A stretch of DNA of 64,000 bases from Thermodesulfobium acidiphilum (GCF_003057965.1 NZ_CP020921.1:546916-610915); one strand, 5' to 3'; shown: positions 19,813 through 29,037, counted from the stretch's first letter. A program made the numbers and translations. The notes: a model not told the origin generated them from the letters alone.

Positions 19813-21191
19813 TGAATAAAAGTTTTAAAAAAGTTTTAATATCTGCTCCATTTGGTCGTTCTGGTAAAACATCCTTTTCAATAGGTCTAGCTCGTGCGCT
19901 TTCAAGAAAGGGATATAAGGTTCAAACATTTAAAAAAGGACCTGATTTTATAGATCCCAGCTGGCTTTCTATGTCTTCAGGAAGATTCTGTAGGAATCTA
20001 GATTTGTTTATGATGGATAAAGAAACAGTTTTAAGATCTTTTATAACAAGTTCTATTGACGCAGATATTGCCATAGTTGAAGGTGCAATGGGGCTTTATG
20101 ATGGGATTGACTATTTAGGTACCGGCTCAACTGCTGAAATTGCAAAAATAATAGATAGTCCTATTATATTTGTTTTGCCTGTTCAAAGAATAACAAGGAG
20201 CAGCGCTGCACTTATAAAAGGGTATGTTGAGTTTGATAAAGAAATAGATATTAGAGGCATAATATTGAATAAAGTGGCAAGAGATAGACAAAAAAATTTA
20301 ATTATTAACGCACTGAAGCACTACAATTTGCCGGAGGTTTTAGCCTCTTTTCCAAAAGATGATAAAAGATTATCTATTCCAGATAGACATTTAGGTTTGA
20401 TACCTGCCAAAGAAAGATCGGAATTAAATTCTGTGATTGATAGTTTTGCTGATGCTGTAAATGAACATATGAATTGGGACCTGTTTTTTAATATAACCAA
20501 GAGTTATGAAGTAAGCAGCGAAGTATTAGGCGATCTTGTTAACTTTGAAAGGTTATTTGATGTTAGGATAGGTATAATTCAGGACATATCGTTTTCCTTT
20601 TATTATCCTGAAGTATTTGACTTTTTGAAAAAGTTAGGTGCGAAAATAGAAATTATAAACTCTTTAGCAGATAAGCACCTTCCAGATATAGATGTGCTTT
20701 ATATTGGAGGTGGCTTTCCTGAAGTTTTTGCTAAAGAGCTTGAAAAAAATGATTCGCTAAGAAGATCTATTAAAGAATTTGGTGAGAACAATTATCCAAT
20801 TTATGCTGAATGTGGTGGGTTAATGTATTTATCTGACTTTATTGAAAACGACGGTAATAAATATAATATGGTAGGACTTTTGCCATTTGGCATCCATATG
20901 GATAAAAAACCTGTTGGACATGGTTATGAAGAAGTTGAGGTATTTGAAGAAAACCCATTTTTCAGAAAGGGGATAAGAATAAAAGGACATGAATTTCATC
21001 ACAGTAGTGTCTCGATCAGTAGAAGTACTGATATTAAATTTTCTATGAAAGTTCTTAGGGGAAATGGCATAATGAATAAACTCGATGGCGTGGTATATAA
21101 AAGGGTTATGGCATCATATCTTCATATCCATCCATTGGGGTTTAAGGATTTTGTAGCTAATCTGCTAAGATCTATATACGTTTGTAAATAA
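19812..21191 (+). CDS. CbiA/CobB-family glutamine-dependent tetrapyrrole amidase (possibly DsrN siroheme amidase)
   Basis: GRSGKT P-loop, FKKGPDFIDPSWL, VEGAMGLYDG, RHLGL, YAECGGLMYL and GHEFH motifs. Confidence 0.85.
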   Translation: MNKSFKKVLISAPFGRSGKTSFSIGLARALSRKGYKVQTFKKGPDFIDPSWLSMSSGRFCRNLDLFMMDKETVLRSFITSSIDADIAIVEGAMGLYDGIDYLGTGSTAEIAKIIDSPIIFVLPVQRITRSSAALIKGYVEFDKEIDIRGIILNKVARDRQKNLIINALKHYNLPEVLASFPKDDKRLSIPDRHLGLIPAKERSELNSVIDSFADAVNEHMNWDLFFNITKSYEVSSEVLGDLVNFERLFDVRIGIIQDISFSFYYPEVFDFLKKLGAKIEIINSLADKHLPDIDVLYIGGGFPEVFAKELEKNDSLRRSIKEFGENNYPIYAECGGLMYLSDFIENDGNKYNMVGLLPFGIHMDKKPVGHGYEEVEVFEENPFFRKGIRIKGHEFHHSSVSISRSTDIKFSMKVLRGNGIMNKLDGVVYKRVMASYLHIHPLGFKDFVANLLRSIYVCK

Positions 21192-21268
21192 AACGTAGAC
21201 TTAAAATAGTTTATTTTTGGAATAAATTTGATGTATAATTACTTAAGAAATTTTGGAGGTGGAGGGTT

Positions 21269-21571
21269 TTGAATATTTTTGTAAAAATAGTGAGAAAGAT
21301 TATGTTGTCTGTTTCGATAGTTTATGTATTGCTTATTTTAAGTAGCTTATTTTTTGCTGTAAAGAGGTTTGCTTCTTTTGGTTGGGGGGTTAGTGCCTGT
21401 GTTTTTTGGGTTTTGATTGTTTTAGTAGTAATTTTTGCTAGAGATCTCTATATAAAACGTTTTCTAGCTCTATTAGAGAAAGTTTCTTTTTTAACCTCTT
21501 CGCGCTTTAATTGGATTATTGAAGATATTAGCTTAAAAGATTATCGTGATTCGGAAGTTATTGAAAAGTAG
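21269..21571 (+). CDS. Small hypothetical membrane protein (2 TM)
   Basis: Strong SD (GGAGGTGGAGGG) before TTG; two hydrophobic segments. Confidence 0.55.
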   Translation: MNIFVKIVRKIMLSVSIVYVLLILSSLFFAVKRFASFGWGVSACVFWVLIVLVVIFARDLYIKRFLALLEKVSFLTSSRFNWIIEDISLKDYRDSEVIEK

Positions 21572-21602
21572 TTAGATTGATATTGATTATATATAGTACT
21601 TG

Positions 21603-22076
21603 TTATGGTTTTCTTTTACATTTAGGGCACATAGTCAAATGTTTTGGGACTGGTTTTCCCTCACCAAACAATTTGTGTGCTATTAACGTCATATCCGGTA
21701 TAAATGCGCCACATTTTGCGCACTTTATAAGTTTTATTTGATGATCGACCTTAAAATCATCGAGATTGGTAGCAACAAAGTATGGGTTTGGTCTATGTTT
21801 TATTGCATTGGTAGGGCAATAATCTATACACTGTCCACAACAGGTGCACTGATCTAGGTCCATGTGATAATTCATTTTGTCATCTATTTGTGATATTTTT
21901 ATAACCTTTGCCGGGCAAAAGTACTGACATATACCGCATGCAATACACCTGCTGGGGTCGTGTTCTGGATAGCCATGAAAACCTCCTGGATGCTCTGGTA
22001 AGTTAGCAGCCGATATTTCTTCTGTTATAGGCGGTTTAAAAATATTCTCAATTAAGATTCTTATCAGTGGAAGCAT
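21603..22076 (-). CDS. Group 4 hydrogenase 2x[4Fe-4S] subunit (NuoI/EchF/CooX/HycF-like)
   Basis: GFHG.PEHD..RCIACGICQYFCP and CTCCGQCIDYCP, plus a C-terminal CAKC...CPKC. Confidence 0.88.
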   Translation of the reverse strand: MLPLIRILIENIFKPPITEEISAANLPEHPGGFHGYPEHDPSRCIACGICQYFCPAKVIKISQIDDKMNYHMDLDQCTCCGQCIDYCPTNAIKHRPNPYFVATNLDDFKVDHQIKLIKCAKCGAFIPDMTLIAHKLFGEGKPVPKHLTMCPKCKRKP

Positions 22077-22100
22077 GGCGTCTCCTTTCTAATATACAAT

Positions 22101-23042
22101 TTAAACATGTGTGAAAAATGCTAATAAAAGCCCTAATATAGAAATTGGCCAGGTAAACTTTACAAATATATTAATTGCCTGACTGAGCTCAATTCTTGCT
22201 GTTGCGGCTTCTAATAATGAGAGCAGCGATGCGAATACAAAGCAAATTAATATTATTGAGATTAATATAAGATTTGTTGGTATGATAAATATTGGTAAAA
22301 ATAGATAAGAAAATAAAAATCCCAAAATAACCCACTCCATAAAATGCGAGATTTCAAAAAGTGCTAGAGCTGGTCCGCTTGCCTCTACCATAGGTCCCTC
22401 CAATATTTCTTGTTCAGCATTTGGTATTGAAAAGGGATTAAGCTTTAGCTTCGCAAGTGAACATAAAATGAATATCGGAATAAATATGATTTTTAAAAAG
22501 ATTGATGTGGTATTTAAACCCTTTGTAGCAAGGTCAAATAAATTGAAAGTTGGGGATCCATTTACGCTAAAAGCTAGTGCCGTAATGATCAATATCATTG
22601 GCACGTTGTATGCAAAAAGAAGTTGGGCCTTTCTTGACGCTCCTATTTGACCAAATATAGAATTTGTAAAATATCCAAATAAAAGATAACAAATAGTAGG
22701 CACTTCAGAGAGATAGAATATCACTATTAGATCAAATGGTATTTTGTGGGAGTTAAACTTGACAAAGGGTAATGGAATAGGAAAAAGAGAGAGCGCAATT
22801 GATATGGAAACTACGCCTATAATTGGGGGTATAAAATATAGAACCCATGGCATATTTTCTGGGATTAAGGTTTCTTTGCTAAATAACTTTATAATATCGT
22901 AGAAACCCTGTGTCAGTGGAGGACCAATTCTAAGCTGCATTTTTGCCTTTAACTTTCTTCTAAATGAGTCCATAAGACCTCCAAGCAAGAATGAAAAGAG
23001 AAAACCAGGAAAGATCAAAATTGAAAGTATGTATGAGATCAT
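22101..23042 (-). CDS. Group 4 hydrogenase membrane subunit (NuoH/EchB/CooK/HycD-like)
   Basis: RRKLKAKMQLRIGPP..Q.FYDIIKL and PFSIPNAEQEILEGPMVEASG; multi-TM. Confidence 0.9.
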   Translation of the reverse strand: MISYILSILIFPGFLFSFLLGGLMDSFRRKLKAKMQLRIGPPLTQGFYDIIKLFSKETLIPENMPWVLYFIPPIIGVVSISIALSLFPIPLPFVKFNSHKIPFDLIVIFYLSEVPTICYLLFGYFTNSIFGQIGASRKAQLLFAYNVPMILIITALAFSVNGSPTFNLFDLATKGLNTTSIFLKIIFIPIFILCSLAKLKLNPFSIPNAEQEILEGPMVEASGPALALFEISHFMEWVILGFLFSYLFLPIFIIPTNLILISIILICFVFASLLSLLEAATARIELSQAINIFVKFTWPISILGLLLAFFTHV

Positions 23043-23461
23043 CTTCCCTCCTTAAAAACCTCTATTGCTTTTTGTAATCCCAGAAATATATTCTTAGGAT
23101 GAGCAGAGCATCCTCCGACATAAGCGGTTACGGGAATCAATTTATGAGCAGGACCTACTATGCTATATCCGTCTGTAAATACTCCTGAACTTATAGAACA
23201 GGTGCCAACGCACACAACTACCTTTGGGTTTGGCAGCATGTCGTATATTCTTAAAAGAGGTTCCTTAGATCTTGCTGTTACAGGGCCAGTGACCAGACAT
23301 ATATCTGCATGTTTTGGGCTGCCAACTAATTTGCAGCCAAGTCTCTCTACATCGTATCTTGATGCAAAGAGGGCTATAATTTCTATATCGCAGCCATTGC
23401 AAGAGCCTGTATTTAGATGAAACAGCCAGGGTGATTTACTTCTTCCAATTTTAAAAATCAT
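23039..23461 (-). CDS. Group 4 hydrogenase small subunit (NuoB/EchC/CooL-like)
   Basis: GSCNGCDIE, SPKHAD..LVTGPVT, VGTC and GGC: four Cys ligands for the proximal cluster. Confidence 0.92.
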   Translation of the reverse strand: MIFKIGRSKSPWLFHLNTGSCNGCDIEIIALFASRYDVERLGCKLVGSPKHADICLVTGPVTARSKEPLLRIYDMLPNPKVVVCVGTCSISSGVFTDGYSIVGPAHKLIPVTAYVGGCSAHPKNIFLGLQKAIEVFKEGR

Positions 23462-23462
23462 T

Positions 23463-24752
23463 TCAGTGTACCACCTTAATCAAGTTATTGATGACGTTTA
23501 TTAAATAGTTTGGGTATATACCAAAAAATAAAATTGCTATACATAAAATTGTTAGCGAGACATTCGTAGCAAATTTTTCTACAAAACTCATCTTATTTCT
23601 TGCCATGCTTTCTTCACTTCCCCAAAAAATTTTATGATAGGCACGGATGTAGTAAATAAGAGTTAAGCAGCTTGCAATAATTAGAAAGATACTAAGTAAC
23701 AAGCTTTTATCAAAAGCTGCCTGATAAAGTAATAATTTGCCAGAAAAACCAGGTAAAAAAGGCGCACCTATAAGGCTAAGTGAAAAAATCAAAAATGTTA
23801 TTGATAAAAAGGGATATTTTTTTGCAATGCCGCTTAAATCTGACATATTTGTGGTGTAAAAAATGTTTTCAATTTTGTCAGTTATAACGAATAGTCCAAA
23901 TTTTGAAACGGAATGATTTATTAATATTATTACGGCTGCGATTAATCCTAAACTATTTCCAATTGCAAGCGCTAAAAGAAAGTAGCCCGTATCATCAATT
24001 GTCGAATAAGAGAGAAGTCTTTTTAGATCTTTTTCAAGGTATGCCATTATTGCTCCGACAATAATTGATAATATTGCCATGAAGAACAGCATATTGTTTA
24101 GATCTTGATATGTTATAAATGATATCGACTTAACTTCTTGCAATATGAAGAACAGTAGGTAAAAGTCTATTACTTCTCCGACACATACAACTGCTGATGA
24201 TATTATAGGATTTGTGATGCTAACGAATTTTGGTTGCCACCAGTGAAATGGTGTGGCAGCTAACCTTAAAGATATTGCAATTAGAGCTAGAAAACCAATA
24301 AATGGAATAAAACTAGTGGTATTTAAAATAAAAAGTAAATAATATATTACGTTAACAATAAAATATATCTTATAAGAGTTGAAAGATTTGATTGTCATAA
24401 ATAAAAAGCCAAATGCTATTAAACTTAAGAGTTCCAACACAATACTATAAAGCAATGCATCGTGATTTAAGAGTGCAAATAACTGAAAAATGAAAGCTAT
24501 GATATATAAAGGTGAGACTGATTTCTCGAAATCCTTAACTGACAATATGATAGAAATCAAAGTAGAGACGATAAATATAGTTATTATAAAAAATGATTTT
24601 AAGTCAAAGGGTGAAAAAATTTCAAAGTTAATTAGATCATATCCTAATGAAGAAAATGTAATCAAAACTAATATGAATCTTATAATTTTATTTTTTGTAT
24701 TAGAGAGTAATATTAGACATATTGCTAAAAATAAATCAGATATTAATAACAA
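23463..24752 (-). CDS. Proton-translocating antiporter-like subunit (NuoN/MrpD family)
   Basis: PFHWWQP, DLKRLLSYSTI, NHSVSKFGLF and GAPFLPGFSGK motifs. Confidence 0.85.
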   Translation of the reverse strand: MLLISDLFLAICLILLSNTKNKIIRFILVLITFSSLGYDLINFEIFSPFDLKSFFIITIFIVSTLISIILSVKDFEKSVSPLYIIAFIFQLFALLNHDALLYSIVLELLSLIAFGFLFMTIKSFNSYKIYFIVNVIYYLLFILNTTSFIPFIGFLALIAISLRLAATPFHWWQPKFVSITNPIISSAVVCVGEVIDFYLLFFILQEVKSISFITYQDLNNMLFFMAILSIIVGAIMAYLEKDLKRLLSYSTIDDTGYFLLALAIGNSLGLIAAVIILINHSVSKFGLFVITDKIENIFYTTNMSDLSGIAKKYPFLSITFLIFSLSLIGAPFLPGFSGKLLLYQAAFDKSLLLSIFLIIASCLTLIYYIRAYHKIFWGSEESMARNKMSFVEKFATNVSLTILCIAILFFGIYPNYLINVINNLIKVVH

Positions 24753-24768
24753 ATTAACATCTCCTTGC

Positions 24769-26658
24769 CTACCATTTAATTAATTGAGCAAAAGCTATTA
24801 CTATTATCATTGAAACCATACTCATTACCAGCCACATCTCGTTTTCAAGCCACCTTATAGGTATATATATAATTTCAAATGCAGTTTTTAACAAATCATT
24901 TGAAAAGTCATACCACTTGTCAGAATCTGTAAATCTATAAAAGTTTTTTGAAAGACTTTCAACATCGAATATGTAATCAAATGCATTGATACTTTTTAAT
25001 GAGCTAATTTTTACTTCTCCACCGGTAAAGCTTTGAACTCTCTTGAAGCTTTTGTTTGAGACGAAAATTATTATGATAGGTATAAAAATAGCTATTATTG
25101 CGAATATAGCTGTAAAACTTGCAAGGTAGCCTCCTCCAGAGGATAACAAGACCCCCAGGTTAAAGTTGAATATTTCCTGGTTTAAATTTAAGTTAAGGCT
25201 ATGAAGAGCTGGAACAAGAAGATAGGAAATCAAAAATTGTGGCAATATTCCAATTAGTATGCAAAAAATTGCGAGCAGGGAAATTGAGAATATTTCAATT
25301 TTATATTTGCCTTCTTGTATATTTTTAAATTCTTCTTTTTGGAATCCAAAAAAGGCTGTTGAAGATGCCTTTATGAAAGAAAGCAGGGTAAGAGTGCTTG
25401 CAATAAGACCAATAGCCGCAGCAAATGGATAATTTGCCTGAATTGCTGCATAATAAAAGATCCATTTACTTATAAATCCATTAAAACCCGGCACGCCTGA
25501 TATTGAAAACGATCCTATAAGAAAGAGGGCAGCTGTAAATGGAAGTTTTTTAAAAAGCCCACCCATTTTTGTAAGGTCTTTGCTGCCTGTAGCGTTTTGT
25601 ATTATTCCAGAGCATAAAAATAGAGTGCATTTAAATAGCCCATGATTAAGTGCGTGAAAAAGTGCGCTTGCAATCCCAAGGGGGGTTCCAAGTCCGATTC
25701 CTGCTACCATATATCCAATTTGAGATACGGTGTGAAAGGCAAGAAGTTTTTTTATCTCTGTCTGTTTTAGTGCATACATTACGCCAATTAGTGATGTTAA
25801 CGAGCCTACAGTAACTATCAGTGCGTTCCATGGGAAGGGATAGGGGTATAATATCAAATACGTCTTTACAAGAATATATACGCCAGCCTTAACAAGGCAT
25901 GCAGCATGTAAAAGTGCGCTGACAGGAGTTACAGTGTTCATGGCGAAGGGTATCCACGTGTGAAGCGGCCATTGAACAGACTTTGCCATACATGCAATTA
26001 ATATTCCCATAAGAATTAGATTGATATATATGCCAAAATTACTTCCTTCAAGTTTTGAGATAATAAGGTTTCCGTTTGTACAATATGCAATAGCAATAAT
26101 GCCAAGTAACAGCCCGTATCCAGCAATGTGTGTCATAAGATATGCCTTTTTTGCAGAGTAGCTTGAAAGATCTCTTTCATACCAAAAGCCAATTAATTGA
26201 TAAGAACAAAGTCCAATAAGTTCAAAGAAAACATATGTCCAAATTAAATTATCACTCAATACTACTCCAAGATATCCTCCAATAAAGAGCTGCATAAATC
26301 CAAAAAATCTGCCCATTCCATTTTTTTCATGGGACATATATTCAAAAGAATAAATGCAAACGCAAAAACTAATAAAGGATCCAAAAAGTGCAAAAAATAA
26401 GTTGATACCATCAGCTCTTAGTATTAAATTTAAATTAATGATGTTGAAAAGGTTTTGACTGAAGGGACTGGTTGAAAAAGGATAGTTAATAAAATTTATA
26501 CAAAGGTAAATTATAGCTAAAAAGGAGATTAAAGAAGTAATTATCGAAATAGATCCATGAAACTTGCACGAATTTATTTTATAAAATAAGAAAGAGATTA
26601 TACTTCCAGAAAAAAGAATTCCTATGCTTAGAAAAATTATAAAATTTTTGTCTATCAA
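24769..26658 (-). CDS. Proton-translocating antiporter-like subunit (NuoL/MrpA/EchA/HyfB family)
   Basis: AKSVQWPLHTWIP, TPVSALLHAA, IKKLLAFHTVSQIG and NHGLFK motifs. Confidence 0.9.
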   Translation of the reverse strand: MIDKNFIIFLSIGILFSGSIISFLFYKINSCKFHGSISIITSLISFLAIIYLCINFINYPFSTSPFSQNLFNIINLNLILRADGINLFFALFGSFISFCVCIYSFEYMSHEKNGMGRFFGFMQLFIGGYLGVVLSDNLIWTYVFFELIGLCSYQLIGFWYERDLSSYSAKKAYLMTHIAGYGLLLGIIAIAYCTNGNLIISKLEGSNFGIYINLILMGILIACMAKSVQWPLHTWIPFAMNTVTPVSALLHAACLVKAGVYILVKTYLILYPYPFPWNALIVTVGSLTSLIGVMYALKQTEIKKLLAFHTVSQIGYMVAGIGLGTPLGIASALFHALNHGLFKCTLFLCSGIIQNATGSKDLTKMGGLFKKLPFTAALFLIGSFSISGVPGFNGFISKWIFYYAAIQANYPFAAAIGLIASTLTLLSFIKASSTAFFGFQKEEFKNIQEGKYKIEIFSISLLAIFCILIGILPQFLISYLLVPALHSLNLNLNQEIFNFNLGVLLSSGGGYLASFTAIFAIIAIFIPIIIIFVSNKSFKRVQSFTGGEVKISSLKSINAFDYIFDVESLSKNFYRFTDSDKWYDFSNDLLKTAFEIIYIPIRWLENEMWLVMSMVSMIIVIAFAQLIKW

Positions 26659-26676
26659 ATTTCTCCTCCTTTACTC

Positions 26677-27096
26677 TTATTCTGCAGAAATTGCTGCTAT
26701 TTGTACGATTGCCCCTGTTGGACAGGCCTGAGCACACACAGCAACAAAGTTGTTTTTTTCACAGAGATTACATTTTTGAGCTATTATTTTTACATAATGT
26801 GTGCTTTGTCTTGATATCATTTCAATTGCCCCAAATGGGCACATATAGTAGCAAGTTTTACAGCCAACGCATGCATCAGGATTTATATCAATTACTCCCT
26901 TTTTTCTATCTATAGCTTTTACAGGGCAAACCTTTTCACATATTCCACACATTGTGCAATATGTGATTTTGTAGCTTTCTGTAGATTCATTCTTCGATAT
27001 AAAAATCCTTGGTTCAGGTGAATTATTTATTTTCCTGCATGCATCCATGCATTTGAGGCACCCAATACATTTTTTTTGGTCTATTCTAAGTCTCAC
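26677..27096 (-). CDS. Polyferredoxin electron-transfer subunit (HycB/HyfA/CooF/DmsB-like)
   Basis: CIGCLKCMDAC, CTMCGICEKVCP, CVGCKTCYYMCP and CNLC...CAQACP. Confidence 0.88.
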   Translation of the reverse strand: MRLRIDQKKCIGCLKCMDACRKINNSPEPRIFISKNESTESYKITYCTMCGICEKVCPVKAIDRKKGVIDINPDACVGCKTCYYMCPFGAIEMISRQSTHYVKIIAQKCNLCEKNNFVAVCAQACPTGAIVQIAAISAE

Positions 27097-27105
27097 ATTT
27101 TCCTC

Positions 27106-28203
27106 CTATCTTTGAGTGCATGAGAGACATGGATCTACGCTGGCAACTATTAATGTAGCATTTGCCAAATCGTTATTGGGCAGCATTGCTGAGAGGGCTG
27201 GAAGATTGACAAAGCTTGGGGCTCTAATCTTGTGCCTGAATGGGACATCTGAACCATCAGAGATAAGAACGTGAACGTCTTCGCCTCTTGGTGCCTCATG
27301 CCTACCTACTGCTGTACCTTCTGGAATTATTGGTCTAATTTCTTTAGCAATCGGGCCATCTGGCATAATTTTTAGAAGTTTTTTGATAATGTTTATGCTT
27401 TCCAGAATTTCTAAGAGCCTTACTTCTACTCTTGCAAAGACATCACAGCCATCAGAGACGATTACTTGCCAGTCAATCATGTCGTAGGCAGCTCCTGGCT
27501 CGTCAATTTTTCTAATATCTTGTGATATTCCCGAAGCCCTTGCGACAGGTCCTACGACTGAATATGTAATTGCATCTTCTTTTGTGAGGATTCCAACCCC
27601 CTTAGTTCTGAGTTCAATCGTTTTATCATTCATAACTACATCAATAAATGATTTACAGTTATCTTCTATTTCGTTTAATGTCTTATAAATTGATTCTAAA
27701 TCTGTAATATCCCTTCTTACTCCACCAATTGTATTAAATGAATAGTTTGCTCTATGCCCGGTGGTTAATTCCATTAGGTCTTTAACCTTTTCTCTCGAAT
27801 TCCATATTAAATAAAATACGCTTATAAAACCAATTACATGTGCTGCTATTCCTGCCCAAAGAAGGTGTGAGTGAATTCTTTCAAGCTCACTAACTACTGT
27901 TCTTAAGCATTTAGCCCTTGGTGGTACGTTAACATTTCCAAGTTTTTCTACTGCCTGGACCCAGGCCATTGGATGGGACATACTTCATATTCCACAAACT
28001 CTTTCTACAAGTGGGATTACTTGCCAGAAATTTTTGGTTGCAGACAGATATTCGATACTGCGATGTACGTAACCTAAATCTATTGTAGCGCTCTTTATTT
28101 TGGAACCTTCTGCTTCAAGAGTGTATGTGGCTGGTTCTTCGAGGGCTATGTGAATGGGCCCAATCGGTAGAGAAAAACCTCTCTTTATTTCATTTTCAGA
28201 CAA
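27106..28203 (-). CDS. Group 4 [NiFe]-hydrogenase large subunit, predicted selenoprotein (365 aa, in-frame UGA at codon 73)
   Basis: ORFs 27985-28203 and 27106-27981 are in the same frame, separated by TGA-AGT. The joined protein has GPIHIALEEP, GYVHRSIE, ERVCGI(U)SMSHP, ELERIHSHLLW, EAPRGE and ends DPCLSCTQR. Confidence 0.88.
27950..27969 (-). promoter_or_regulatory. Candidate bacterial SECIS stem-loop
   Basis: Minus-strand AUG-GCCUG-GGUC-CAGGC-AGU: a 5-bp GC-rich stem with a G-first GGUC loop starting 23 nt 3' of the UGA. Confidence 0.7.
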
Positions 28204-28663
28204 TTTTGTCCTCCTGAAGTTTATTTTTTCTTATTAAAATCTTTTCTCTTTCCTGTTTAAGAAGGGGTACCTTTACATCTTTTTGTGAGGTGAGAAGCAG
28301 TCCATTTTTTAAATCCTTATTATCAATAAAATCAATTCCGAACATTTCAAAACATTCCCTCTCTCCCCAATTGGCATTTGGATATACTGAAGTTATGCTT
28401 GTATACGTGGCAGGAAGATTTTTCTTGAACTGAAATAAAAATAAACACCCCTCAATATCGTATAGGTTTTCCAAAATTATTGATTTTTCATCTTCAAGAT
28501 CTACGTATGCATTTACCAGGATAAGTCTGGCATTAATTGATCTCATAATAATAGCAACTTCTAAGGGAGTTTTGTCTTCTGTGTTATTTTTATAAATGCC
28601 CCTTTCTAAGACACAGGAACTTTTGATTTTCTCAAATATAATGTTTAAATTTTGTTTGTTCAT
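28196..28663 (-). CDS. Group 4 hydrogenase NuoC/EchD/CooU-like subunit
   Basis: SITSVYPNANWGERECFEMFGIDF motif; first gene of the operon. Confidence 0.88.
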   Translation of the reverse strand: MNKQNLNIIFEKIKSSCVLERGIYKNNTEDKTPLEVAIIMRSINARLILVNAYVDLEDEKSIILENLYDIEGCLFLFQFKKNLPATYTSITSVYPNANWGERECFEMFGIDFIDNKDLKNGLLLTSQKDVKVPLLKQEREKILIRKNKLQEDKIV

Positions 28664-29008
28664 ATAAGCATTTTTGCCCCTCTCACCGAAATTTATTTAT
28701 TTATAAAAACTATTTTTTATTGCTTTATATTTTATAAATATATTTTATAATAAAAAATACTTATTTTTTAATAAATTAAATTTACTAATTACTTAGACAA
28801 TTCTAAATTTTCTCAATCTTGTATGTAATGATTATGCTTTTAAGTCAATTAATAAAATCTATGAATAGTTATGTAGATTAGATTAAATGATTTATAGAGT
28901 TAAAGAAGATGTGATTGGTTTGATTAAGATTTCTAAAAATAAGCTTTGGAATATTCAGTTCTAAGATTCATTCTTATTGCAGATATATTATTTAGAATAA
29001 ACACTGAA

Positions 29009-29030
29009 AGGGTGCAAAACTTTGCACCCT
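29009..29030 (-). terminator. Intrinsic terminator of the MFS gene
   Basis: Inverted repeat AGGGTGCAAA-ac-TTTGCACCCT just past the MFS stop, followed by a weak T-run on the minus strand. Confidence 0.65.
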
Positions 29031-29037
29031 GATAAAT

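Noticed and set aside
27106-28203. Treating ORFs 27985-28203 and 27106-27981 as two genes or a pseudogene
   Set aside because: They share a frame, the break is a single UGA exactly at a conserved Cys, a SECIS-like hairpin follows, the internal ATG has no good SD, and the rest of the operon is intact. A nonsense mutation is not fully excluded.
28680-29000. Regulator binding sites upstream of the hydrogenase operon (e.g. AATCTA-N12-TAGATT)
   Set aside because: The region is extremely AT-rich, so such palindromes are expected by chance; there is no clear match to Rex, CooA/Fnr or sigma-54 consensus.
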